Origin: Propionibacteriaceae bacterium
GTDB lineage: Bacteria > Actinomycetota > Actinomycetes > Propionibacteriales > Propionibacteriaceae
Reading direction: 5' to 3'
DNA: 64,000 bases
Assembly (NCBI GenBank): GCA_009782785.1
Contig: WRIJ01000009.1
Location: 25,111-89,110, forward strand
Every line of letters begins with the position of its first letter. The first letter of the stretch is position 1. The translations under genes and the position numbers were made by a program. Below, piece by piece: positions 20,189-29,061 of this stretch. Below the pieces are notes generated by a model. It saw only the letters and a list, made by a program, of their open reading frames with translations, ran no database searches and was not told where the DNA came from.

Positions 20189-21205
20189 ATGTGGATTCCA
20201 GGTGCCATCTTTGGGTTGTTGCTCCTGATTGCTGTGATCCGCGATCCACGCAGGCTCAGGTGTGCGATCCTGTTCTTGGCGATGGTGGTGAGTTTTCTCT
20301 TCTTTGGCGTCAGTAGTGTGGTGAGTTCACAACCTCATGACAAGTACGGGCCGTACATCCTCTTCGCCCTGGTTGTCTTAGCCATCGTAGTCGTGGTCAT
20401 CCTAGGCGTTGTGCTTATTCTCAACGGTTTCACCATGGTACGTCAGGAAGGAAGGCGGTTGTCGAATCTTCTTGGACTCCTGCTCGGTGTGCTCATGGTG
20501 GGGTATGTGTCCATAGCAGTGTGGGCGGTGTTGACCAGTAATACCCAAGGGTTTGTCTGGGTGATCCTTGTTGGTTTCCCGCTGGTCTTCCTCGGTTTCG
20601 GATTTGTCGCCTACCTCCTCTATTCCTGGATCTATCTGTTTGCTGCCAGGCGATGGGGACCACCACCAGATGCGATCATTGTTCTGGGTGCTGGTTTGAT
20701 CAATGATCAGGTCCCTCCACTATTGGCGAGTCGTCTCGATGGTGGAATAGCTTTACTGAACGATACCCAGGCGACCACTCCACCGCTGTTGGTGGTCTCG
20801 GGGGGGCGCGGCAGTGATGAGGCGCGTAGCGAAGCCGAAGCAATGGCTGAATATTTAGTAGACAAGGGAATAGATGTGGCTCAGATCATTGAAGAGCCTC
20901 ATTCACGTACCACCAAAGAAAACATCTCCTTGAGTGGGGAGCTTCTTGCGCAGCGAGGATGTGAGGGTACGATGGTTGCAGTCACCAACACTTTTCACAG
21001 TTTTCGTTCAGCCATGCTTATGTCGCGGGCGCGGATGAAAGGGTATGCCTTAGGTTCACCCACGGCCAAGTATTTCTGGCCAGCGGCAGTGATACGGGAG
21101 TACGCGGCGATCCTGGCTGACTCCCTAGGATTTGTCATCATGTCACTAGTGGTGTGCCTGATGCCACTAGCGTTATTTATTCTCGTACGTCTCGTGGGAA
21201 GGTGA
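20189..21205 (+). CDS. Membrane-anchored YdcF/ElyC/SanA (DUF218) family protein
   Basis: 338-aa ORF with about 5 N-terminal TM helices, then IIVLGAGL...LVVSGGRGSDE...EPHSRTTKEN. Confidence 0.75.
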   Translation: MWIPGAIFGLLLLIAVIRDPRRLRCAILFLAMVVSFLFFGVSSVVSSQPHDKYGPYILFALVVLAIVVVVILGVVLILNGFTMVRQEGRRLSNLLGLLLGVLMVGYVSIAVWAVLTSNTQGFVWVILVGFPLVFLGFGFVAYLLYSWIYLFAARRWGPPPDAIIVLGAGLINDQVPPLLASRLDGGIALLNDTQATTPPLLVVSGGRGSDEARSEAEAMAEYLVDKGIDVAQIIEEPHSRTTKENISLSGELLAQRGCEGTMVAVTNTFHSFRSAMLMSRARMKGYALGSPTAKYFWPAAVIREYAAILADSLGFVIMSLVVCLMPLALFILVRLVGR

Positions 21206-22312
21206 AGGCTCAACCCACTGACCTCGATACATCACCCGTGTCACGAAAAAGTCTTGATCCCAACACACGAGATCGCCTGGAGTGTGGGTATCGATTCGTC
21301 CTGCACGAATGTTCAGATAAGTGGACGGATTTTCTGTCGCTGCTCGAAGTGCGATCTCGGGAGCCACACCGGATTCGATGGCCAAGCGTACTGCTCGGTC
21401 CAAGGTGAGAGTTGATCCTGCAATCGTGTCAGTTCCTGCGAGGTGAGCTCTGCGATCTCGTACCTCCACTGTGAGATCCCCCAGGGTGTAGTCACCATCT
21501 GGCGCACCAGCTGCAGCCATAGCATCACTGATGAGAACTACGCGCCCCGGTTGAGCGTTCATAACGTGGGCGATGAGATCACGGTGGACGTGGACACCGT
21601 CACAGATGAGCTCCAAGAAGACCCGGTCATCGCTGAGCAGTGCTAGGGCTGCTCCACCATCACGATGGAGGATTTCACCCATAGCATTGAACAGGTGGGT
21701 CGCACCACGTACTCCTGCTTCTATAGCACGTACGGTCGTACGATGATCTGCTGCCGAATGGCCTAGTGCGACTAGGATTCCATGGTTGGTCAGTTCAGTG
21801 ATGGCTTCGAGCGCAAAGGGAAGTTCACCAGCGAGAGTGACCATGGCGATGGCACTACCACCTGCGTCGACCAGTGTGGCAAGGTCATCAAGATTAGGGG
21901 TGCGAAGAAAGGACTCATCGTGGGCGCCCTTGTACATCGTGGAGAGCCAGGGGCCTTCGAGATGGATTCCGCCAAGTTGCCCAGATTCCACCAGTGGTTG
22001 GAGGTTTCGGATCTGTGTGGACAGTTTCTCGATACTTGCGCTCACCAGGGAAGCCACCATCGTGGTCGTACCATGGGACCGGTGTGCCTCTAAGACAGCC
22101 AGTGCGCCTGGGGGGGTGTCTCCAAATTGTGCCCCTCCACCACCATGGGCATGGACGTCGACTAAGCCAGGGGAAAGAATCTCAACATGGTGATCAGTTG
22201 GTGTGGGTGGTTCGCCTAACCCCCAATCCAGGATCTCGCAGCCAGCGACCTCCACCCATCCTGGTGCGAAATCGGTACGCGCGAGCATTCTCGTGGCGGA
22301 TATTACGGTCAT
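21173..22312 (-). CDS. nagA: N-acetylglucosamine-6-phosphate deacetylase
   Basis: Contains VDVHAHGGGG, HLEGPWLS, LGHSAADH and THLFNAM. I chose the start MTVISATR at 22312, which has GAGGGGG upstream. The track ORF extends to 22366. Confidence 0.9.
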   Translation of the reverse strand: MTVISATRMLARTDFAPGWVEVAGCEILDWGLGEPPTPTDHHVEILSPGLVDVHAHGGGGAQFGDTPPGALAVLEAHRSHGTTTMVASLVSASIEKLSTQIRNLQPLVESGQLGGIHLEGPWLSTMYKGAHDESFLRTPNLDDLATLVDAGGSAIAMVTLAGELPFALEAITELTNHGILVALGHSAADHRTTVRAIEAGVRGATHLFNAMGEILHRDGGAALALLSDDRVFLELICDGVHVHRDLIAHVMNAQPGRVVLISDAMAAAGAPDGDYTLGDLTVEVRDRRAHLAGTDTIAGSTLTLDRAVRLAIESGVAPEIALRAATENPSTYLNIRAGRIDTHTPGDLVCWDQDFFVTRVMYRGQWVEPSPSHETYENK

Positions 22313-22471
22313 GGATGCCCCCTCGACCAACATGAAAATCCCTTTGTCTGGGACTTTTCTTCGCATAAGTAGATGAAGAACTCGTAGAATACTCTACCGA
22401 AGTGGAACGACCAGCTGGTACAAGATTGACTCGATTCTTCGTTTCACCCACTGCAACGGACAAGGATCCCC

Positions 22472-23803
22472 ATGAGAGTACGGATGATCGCGATAGGTGT
22501 CGCGGTGATGTTGGCTCTTGGTGGTTGCGGAGCCCCAGAACCGAGGGCCCAGGACATCTCACTGTGGCTCGTTCAAGGCAGTACGCCAGCACCCGTACAA
22601 GAATATTTGATTCAACAGTACGCGATCTATAACGGTGGACGACTGTCGATTAGTGAAATGCCTGCTCGGGCGGTCGTTGTGCGAGGATTCGAAGCTAAGA
22701 CAGGGGACTTTGAACGCCCTGATGTCATCGAAATGCCTGACTATGCAACAACAACCTTGGCAGCAAATGAGGCCTTCAGTGATATTAGTGACCTGTATTC
22801 TTCCTATGGGGGGTCACATCTGGTGAGTGCCCTGACTGATCTGGGGATCTATGAGGGCAAACACTACACACTGCCGTACCAGTTCACGACCAAATATGTG
22901 TACTACCGCAAGGACATTTGGGCTTTGGCGGGAATAGAAAAACCACCATCAACCTTGGATGATCTTCACCAAGGCGCAATCACTGTGACTGACAAGAATC
23001 CTCGAAGGATTGATGATTTTTCAGGATTCTTTCTTGCCAACCAGGATTGGCATGATGGGGTGTCGTGGATTTATGCCCGTGGTGGTGAGATTGCTCGCCG
23101 TGGTGAGGATGGGCTTTGGGAATCCACGTTGAGTGATCCCCAAACCTTGAGTGCGCTCCGTGAACTTCAACAACTCCATGCAGGTGCGAATAGGGCACCA
23201 TGGGATTCCCCCGTGGATCGCCCGTGGATCTATCTCAACGATATTGACTGGATCTATGACGAAACTGGAACCAATGTCCCTACTTCCGTGAGCGCTGCGA
23301 CGATCATGGCCGATGATTCGATGCGTACCCGAGTAGGGGACCGTGTCAGAACAGAAATGGGTACCCGAACCAGGGAATGGAATAGTGACACTTTCGGTGC
23401 CTTTGCTCTGCCAGGTGCTGATGGAGGGGTCGCCCCATCGCATCTTCGCGGTTCCACCATCGGAATCATCGCTTCATCCCCGCGTCAACAAGGAGCCAGA
23501 GACTTGTTGGACATCATCTATTCGCGGGACTTTCAGACTATGCTGGGGCGTGTGGGTCTCGGTGCGGGCAATGAGGATTATTGGGAGTTCTTGGGAGATG
23601 ATGAGTTCGCAGAGATGACCACAGCTATTGCCCGTGCGGCTACCTCGACACCAACAGCACCTGGATGGCTCTATGTGGAACAGTCTGGGGAACTTCAAGC
23701 CTTCTTCACCCGTGTTGTACGCGGGGGCGACATCGAATCTCTCGCAAGCCAGTACGACGATATTCTGACACCGTTACTCAATACACTCGAACCACCAGGC
23801 TAA
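22472..23803 (+). CDS. Extracellular solute-binding lipoprotein (carbohydrate ABC-type)
   Basis: 443-aa ORF with a lipobox (MLALGGCGA) and a family-1 SBP-like sequence. No permease or ATPase gene is adjacent. Confidence 0.75.
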   Translation: MRVRMIAIGVAVMLALGGCGAPEPRAQDISLWLVQGSTPAPVQEYLIQQYAIYNGGRLSISEMPARAVVVRGFEAKTGDFERPDVIEMPDYATTTLAANEAFSDISDLYSSYGGSHLVSALTDLGIYEGKHYTLPYQFTTKYVYYRKDIWALAGIEKPPSTLDDLHQGAITVTDKNPRRIDDFSGFFLANQDWHDGVSWIYARGGEIARRGEDGLWESTLSDPQTLSALRELQQLHAGANRAPWDSPVDRPWIYLNDIDWIYDETGTNVPTSVSAATIMADDSMRTRVGDRVRTEMGTRTREWNSDTFGAFALPGADGGVAPSHLRGSTIGIIASSPRQQGARDLLDIIYSRDFQTMLGRVGLGAGNEDYWEFLGDDEFAEMTTAIARAATSTPTAPGWLYVEQSGELQAFFTRVVRGGDIESLASQYDDILTPLLNTLEPPG

Positions 23804-23845
23804 GAGCCGTAGAGTAGGGGTAGCACAACTGGTTAGGGAGCTCAC

Positions 23846-24784
23846 GTGTACAGTTTAGGACTCGATATTGGTGCCACGAAGGCGCATGGTGTTGTTCTTG
23901 ATTCGTCAGACAAAGTTATTGCCGAACATGCAGTATTCACTCGCCGCGGCCCCGAAGGGGTCTTGGCCGTACTCATGGAAATAGCAAACAAGGTCGCTCA
24001 AGAGGTCGGTATTGGTTTGCGTGATTTTGACGCTGTTGGGGTGGGTATCGCTGGAGTGGTGAACCGTCACAGTGGTGAGATCATCAACTCAGTCAATTTG
24101 GACTTGGATCATTTCGGGCTCGTGAGTGAGATTTCTGAGCACTTCTCTGTCCCTGTGCATATCGACAATGATGTGAAAGCGACCGTTGTTGCCGCTGGAA
24201 TGATTCTCGATTCCCTCTCGGTGACCTATGTTAATTTTGGTACCGGTGTTGCTGCGGCGACCCTCGATGGGCGTCTCATTCGAGGCCATGACAATCTTGC
24301 TGGCGAAATTGGGCATATCATTCTCGATCCTCATGGTGAGCCGTGCCGATGTGGGAAACAAGGATGTATCGAGACCATTACTGGTGGGGGATACCTAGCC
24401 CCCCGCATGGATGCCTTGGGTCTGGATTGGACCGTACTCAATGAAGACACCTCCCCCTTGGGCCAAGCTGCACTTGATCAGGCAATCAGGGCGATTGCGC
24501 GTGTGGTGGCTTTTGTCTCCTTGGCCTACAGCTCCGATCACGTACTGCTCGGCGGTGGGGTGGTCCAAGCTGCACCCTGGTTACTACCAACGTTGAAAGA
24601 GTTCTTGAGCGACCGGGCCCATCTGGTGTTTCCGGATTATGTTTTGATGGCGTCAAAGCTTGAGTTTTTGGACAACGATCTTCAAGCTCCAGCGATCGGT
24701 GCGGCACTCATTGGGCAAGGGTGGACTGAAGGTTACAAGCTGGTCGATGGTGGGCACCGTACCTGTGAATGTGGGGACTCATAA
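23846..24784 (+). CDS. ROK family sugar kinase
   Basis: 312-aa ORF with a GTG start, GLDIGATK, and the Zn motif GHIILDPHGEPCRCGKQGCIE. Confidence 0.85.
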   Translation: MYSLGLDIGATKAHGVVLDSSDKVIAEHAVFTRRGPEGVLAVLMEIANKVAQEVGIGLRDFDAVGVGIAGVVNRHSGEIINSVNLDLDHFGLVSEISEHFSVPVHIDNDVKATVVAAGMILDSLSVTYVNFGTGVAAATLDGRLIRGHDNLAGEIGHIILDPHGEPCRCGKQGCIETITGGGYLAPRMDALGLDWTVLNEDTSPLGQAALDQAIRAIARVVAFVSLAYSSDHVLLGGGVVQAAPWLLPTLKEFLSDRAHLVFPDYVLMASKLEFLDNDLQAPAIGAALIGQGWTEGYKLVDGGHRTCECGDS

Positions 24785-24833
24785 CTCCATCAGTATCGGC
24801 CACAGCTTCGTCGCAGGGGTCTATTGTTGAGGT

Positions 24834-26162
24834 ATGAAGCTTGACCTCGGCACATTGGAATTGGGTGTCGCCACCTCAGCTACACAAATTGAGGGTGGCA
24901 ACGCAGACACGAATTGGCATCGGTGGGCAGCCATCCCTGGCAAGGTGAAAGATGGTACGTCCCCCGCGCGGGCTGCTGACCACTGGAATCGAGTCGATGA
25001 AGACATTGCCCTGCTCAGTGAGCTTGGTGTTCGCCACTACCGCATGGGGCTGGAGTGGGCACGCATTGAACCCCAAGAAGGAGTTTTTGATACCAGTGCT
25101 ATTGCCCACTATGTTGACGAAGTGAAGGCACTGCGAGCTGCGGGTATCGCACCGCTGGTCACCTTGCATCATTTCAACAATCCTGGATGGTTGGAGGAGC
25201 GTGGGGCTTGGACCCGTCCTGAGACGGTGGGGGTCTTTGTTCGGTACGTCCACCGCATGGTTCATGAACTGAAAGACTATGTTTCGGAGTGGATCACTAT
25301 CAATGAGCCGAATGTGTACGCCACGAACGGGTACGTGTTTGGGCAGTGGCCACCAGGGAAGAAGAGTATCCCTGAGGCCATGAAAGTGATGAGCCTTCTC
25401 GCCCATGGCCACATTCAGGCGTACCAGGAGATTCACAAGATTCAACCCCATGCCAAGGTGGGGGTGGCTCAACATCTGCGCCCCTTCGATCCGGCCTTTT
25501 CCTATAACCCTTTCGATCGCCTGGGAGCCACTGCGATGGCGTACCTCTTCCAGTGGGCTAGTTTCGATGCGATGGCGTACGGACGTTTCAAAGCGCCACT
25601 GAAAGGTTCAGCGACTGTGTCACCTGGGCGCTACTATGACTTCACGGGAGTGAACTATTATACGCGATCGTGGGTCAGTGGTGTGACGCAGGGTACGCGG
25701 GGGAATTCGCCAGTCAATGACATGGGGTGGGAAATCTATCCTGAAGGTTTGAGTCGTCTGCTCACGCAGGTAGCTTCGCGGTATCCTGGCCCGATTTATG
25801 TGACAGAAAATGGTACCCCGGATGCGACTGACTCTTTCAGGGCGCGCTACCTCTATGATCATCTGGGGGCTGTGATGACATCCGGTGTGGAGGTTGAGCG
25901 TTACTACCACTGGAGCTTCATGGACAATTGGGAATGGATCGAAGGGGAGGGGCCGCGGTTTGGGTTGGTTGCTCTCGACTATGACACTCAGGAGAGGTTC
26001 ATCTGTGAGTCTGGGCGTCTGTACGCAGACATCATCACCCACGGTGGTGTGAGTGAAGAAGCGTACGCCCGATGGGTTGAACCGTCGGCGCGTTCCTCAG
26101 CTGTTAGTGGGGCTGGGAACAGTGCACCTCGCGTACGGCGACCAGGGCCTCCCGTACTGTAG
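24834..26162 (+). CDS. Glycoside hydrolase family 1 (beta-glucosidase/6-phospho-beta-glycosidase type)
   Basis: 442-aa ORF with TINEPNVY (acid/base NEP) and YVTENGTPD (nucleophile ENG). Confidence 0.9.
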   Translation: MKLDLGTLELGVATSATQIEGGNADTNWHRWAAIPGKVKDGTSPARAADHWNRVDEDIALLSELGVRHYRMGLEWARIEPQEGVFDTSAIAHYVDEVKALRAAGIAPLVTLHHFNNPGWLEERGAWTRPETVGVFVRYVHRMVHELKDYVSEWITINEPNVYATNGYVFGQWPPGKKSIPEAMKVMSLLAHGHIQAYQEIHKIQPHAKVGVAQHLRPFDPAFSYNPFDRLGATAMAYLFQWASFDAMAYGRFKAPLKGSATVSPGRYYDFTGVNYYTRSWVSGVTQGTRGNSPVNDMGWEIYPEGLSRLLTQVASRYPGPIYVTENGTPDATDSFRARYLYDHLGAVMTSGVEVERYYHWSFMDNWEWIEGEGPRFGLVALDYDTQERFICESGRLYADIITHGGVSEEAYARWVEPSARSSAVSGAGNSAPRVRRPGPPVL

Positions 26163-26298
26163 GGGCTCAGGCGACCAGTGGTGAGGTAGCGTACTCCCCA
26201 AGGGTGATGGACACACGTCGGTGGTATGGGTCGCTGGGAGTTAGAATTGATACATAAAACATGGACACATGTTCATGTGTTGATGTGGAGGGCTTCCT

Positions 26299-27075
26299 AT
26301 GACCAAGAAAACCTGTAAATACGCAGGACGTCCCGTGCTCGCGGGAATCCTGGCATTGTTGATCGTCTTGCCTTTGGCTGCGTGCACTGATGTATCTGGG
26401 AAAGAAGATTTCCTCGGTGAATGGCATGCTGGAATACCTCAGCAGCAGAGCTTGTCAGCCCCTACCTTGTGGAGTCCCCAGGAATGGGAAGTCTGGAATA
26501 ACAGTGACGTCATTGAATTCCAACGTAACGGTGGGATTACTGTCAACGGAGGCACAGAATCCCAGTATTCGTGGACATTGAAAGGAGATAAGCTACACAT
26601 CGCAGACGGGAAGAAGGTCCACGTGTGCGTTCTTGGAGTAGCTGGCCACATTATGACCATGTCTAACTGTGAATGGGAATATGCTCAAGGTGGAGTTTTC
26701 TACTCTGTTGATTACGTGGAATCCACCAAGACGCATATTGACCGAACAGCTGACACACCTAGTGATCCACCATCTCCTACCATTCCACCCGAACAAAAGT
26801 TTGTGGGGACATGGTGTTATCTCCCGGACATTCCAGATGTTGTGCTGGGCGAAGTCTGTTATGGTTTTATGGATTCCGGTGAGATGAGGATTTCGTACTG
26901 GGAAGAGTACTTTGAAGGAACCTGGCATCTTGAAGGAAATCAGCTCATTGTGGACGGCTCCTTCTATGACTATTTTGGGTCTGAACCGTACAGCGCTACC
27001 TGCACCTATGAGGTGGCTCAGACATCCATGACCTTGAGTTGTTCAGGGGATACGTTCACGATGACCCGGCAATGA
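26299..27075 (+). CDS. Lipoprotein with two lipocalin-like repeats (paralog 1)
   Basis: Lipobox VLPLAACTD. Has two G(E/T)W...C..Y...(M/L)T(M/L)S(N/C)C-type modules related to the three downstream lipoproteins. Confidence 0.7.
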   Translation: MTKKTCKYAGRPVLAGILALLIVLPLAACTDVSGKEDFLGEWHAGIPQQQSLSAPTLWSPQEWEVWNNSDVIEFQRNGGITVNGGTESQYSWTLKGDKLHIADGKKVHVCVLGVAGHIMTMSNCEWEYAQGGVFYSVDYVESTKTHIDRTADTPSDPPSPTIPPEQKFVGTWCYLPDIPDVVLGEVCYGFMDSGEMRISYWEEYFEGTWHLEGNQLIVDGSFYDYFGSEPYSATCTYEVAQTSMTLSCSGDTFTMTRQ

Positions 27076-27173
27076 GCCGTACGCCAAGCTCTACTCACCA
27101 CTGAACAGGTGGTCGGTGAGATGAAATCCAAGCGCTAGAATGATGCCACTGGCAACACATCAAAAGGATAGTG

Positions 27174-27674
27174 ATGAAACTCAAAAATACCTTCCTTGCC
27201 TTGGTGGTAGCTTTCGCAGTTGCTGCCCCTTTGACTGCGTGTACGGGTTACATGAATCCGTACACCAGAGGTTATCCACAGCCGGTGGGCGATGGCTATA
27301 ACGATTGGCCAGACCCTGATCCGTACACTCCCGCTCCCGCTCCTACTCCCACTCCGGTTCAGCGCGGATCAAGTTCAAGTGTTGTGGGGACCTGGGATGT
27401 CATCGACATGGGTATGGACAACTTCTCTCTTGGTGAAATGGTCGACTGGCTGGATTCCTGCACGATGGAGTTCAGTAGCAATGGGTCTCTGGAAATGAGA
27501 GCCGAGCTTTTCGGCTACTCTGACTCAGAGTACGGTACCTGGTCGGTGTCCGGCAGCAAAATAGATATTTCACTCTCAGGGGTTTACACGACATGTGACT
27601 ATCGCATATCTGGCTCAAAAATGTCCATCAACCATTGCGATGATGGTACCGTCCTCGAGCTGAAGCGTAGGTGA
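27174..27674 (+). CDS. Lipoprotein, lipocalin-like (paralog 2)
   Basis: Lipobox AAPLTACTG, Pro-rich linker, then VGTWDVIDMG...TCDYRISGSKMSINHCDDG. The ATG at 27174 has AAGGA upstream. Confidence 0.7.
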   Translation: MKLKNTFLALVVAFAVAAPLTACTGYMNPYTRGYPQPVGDGYNDWPDPDPYTPAPAPTPTPVQRGSSSSVVGTWDVIDMGMDNFSLGEMVDWLDSCTMEFSSNGSLEMRAELFGYSDSEYGTWSVSGSKIDISLSGVYTTCDYRISGSKMSINHCDDGTVLELKRR

Positions 27675-27903
27675 GGGAGCTGTGCGAGGTCACCCACCTG
27701 AAACCATGTTCATGGCGATCATTGTGCTGGGTGCCTCTGTGTGTAGGAGCCGTGCCATGGCGCTGGACAATTCCTGCTAATCTTGATGGTGTGCAACAGT
27801 GAGTACCGCTTGGAGTCATTCCACTAGGGGGGCTTTCTCAGCGTCGGCAGTGTGTAGTGCACTGGCGAATTTGTCGCGATTGAACAAGGGAAGGACCCAT
27901 TTC

Positions 27904-28281
27904 ATGACATCAAAAATCTCCACAGTGAGAAAAACTCTCGTAGCAGCAGCCCTTGCAGTATTTGTCGCACTCCCATTGTCGGCCTGTGGCAGCACATCCG
28001 ATGACCCTATCGTGGGCAAGTGGGAAGTCATAGAAGTAGATGGAAAATCTATCGACATGATAGCATGGTCCATGTCTATTGATTTCAAGGCAAATGGGAA
28101 ACTGATAGCAATCCATTATGGTGACAAGATCACAGGAACTTGGACTACCGAGGGTACGAAAGTGACTATCAAGGATTCCCGGGAAACCATGGTCTGCGAT
28201 TACACGGTTGCAACAGGAAAGCTCATGCTTAATGACTGTGATGGCGTGGTTGGATCGTCGTTGACACTCGTACCAGCGTAG
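27904..28281 (+). CDS. Lipoprotein, lipocalin-like (paralog 3)
   Basis: MTSKISTVRKTLVAAALAVFVALPLSACGS lipobox, with GGGAAGGA upstream of the ATG at 27904. The N-terminal extension of the track ORF from 27799 is unlikely. Confidence 0.75.
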   Translation: MTSKISTVRKTLVAAALAVFVALPLSACGSTSDDPIVGKWEVIEVDGKSIDMIAWSMSIDFKANGKLIAIHYGDKITGTWTTEGTKVTIKDSRETMVCDYTVATGKLMLNDCDGVVGSSLTLVPA

Positions 28282-28326
28282 TAACACCACTCAATTGTGG
28301 TGCTCTGAGCATCAAGAACTATCGAT

Positions 28327-28354
28327 GAACCGCGGGCCCCAGCGTCCGCGGTTC
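28327..28354 (+). terminator. Hairpin GAACCGCGG-N10-CCGCGGTTC after paralog 3
   Basis: 9-bp GC-rich stem read directly. Duplicated at 29013-29040. Confidence 0.5.
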
Positions 28355-28589
28355 TCAACTGGGTAGAACGAGCTGGTGATGGAAAGCTCAGCTCTTGTGG
28401 GATGCTACCGAGGTGGGTGTCTCTGTGTGTAGGTGCTGTGCCATGGCGCTGGACAATTCCTGCTAATCTTGATGGTGCGCAACAGTGAGTACCGCTTGGA
28501 GTCATTCCACTAGGGGGGCTTTCTCAGCGTCGGCAGTGTGCAGTGCACTGGCGAATTTGTCGCGATTGAACAAGGGAAGGACCCATTTC

Positions 28590-28967
28590 ATGACATCAAA
28601 AATCTCCACAGTGAGAAAAACTCTCGTAGCAGCAGCCCTTGCAGTATTTGTCGCACTCCCATTGTCGGCCTGTGGCAGCACATCCGATGACCCTATCGTG
28701 GGCAAGTGGGATGTGACTGAAGTAGAAGGAATATCTATCGCCGGGTCAGGTACATCCATGTCTTTCGAATTCAAGGCAAACGGGAAAATGACAGCCACGA
28801 CCGACGGAGACAAGGGCCAAGGAACCTGGACTGTCGCTGGGAACAAGGTGACTATTAAGGATCGCGAAGAAACCATGGTCTGCGATTACACGGTTGAAAC
28901 AGACAAGCTCATGCTCAATGACTGTGATGGTTTGGGTGGCCTGTCGTTGACACTCGTACCAGCGTAG
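28590..28967 (+). CDS. Lipoprotein, lipocalin-like (paralog 4)
   Basis: Same signal peptide and lipobox as paralog 3. The mature core is diverged. Confidence 0.75.
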   Translation: MTSKISTVRKTLVAAALAVFVALPLSACGSTSDDPIVGKWDVTEVEGISIAGSGTSMSFEFKANGKMTATTDGDKGQGTWTVAGNKVTIKDREETMVCDYTVETDKLMLNDCDGLGGLSLTLVPA

Positions 28968-29012
28968 TAACACCACTCAATGGTGGTGCTCTAAGCACAT
29001 TGAACTAACGAT

Positions 29013-29040
29013 GAACCGCGGGCCACAGTGCCCGCGGTTC
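29013..29040 (+). terminator. Hairpin GAACCGCGGG-N8-CCCGCGGTTC after paralog 4
   Basis: 10-bp stem, ending 22 nt before the gltX start. Confidence 0.5.
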
Positions 29041-29049
29041 TCATCTGGG

Positions 29050-29055
29050 TAGAAT
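29050..29055 (+). promoter_or_regulatory. Candidate -10 hexamer TAGAAT for leaderless gltX
   Basis: TAGAAT ends 6 nt before the GTG at 29062 (9 nt before the ATG at 29065). No SD is present. The duplicated decoy copy at 28364-28369 reads TAGAAC. Confidence 0.4.
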
Positions 29056-29061
29056 AAGCCG

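Noticed and set aside
27799-27903. N-terminal extension MSTAWSHSTRGAFSASAV... of the two duplicated lipoprotein ORFs (also 28485-28589)
   Set aside because: A canonical lipoprotein signal peptide starts at the internal Met, which has a good SD (GGGAAGGA). The extension is more likely a conserved non-coding leader.
27904-28967. Diversity-generating retroelement or programmed phase variation, considered as an explanation for the variable cores of the duplicated lipoproteins
   Set aside because: There is no reverse transcriptase, no template repeat and no adenine-specific substitution pattern. There are no invertase genes or inverted repeats flanking the region.
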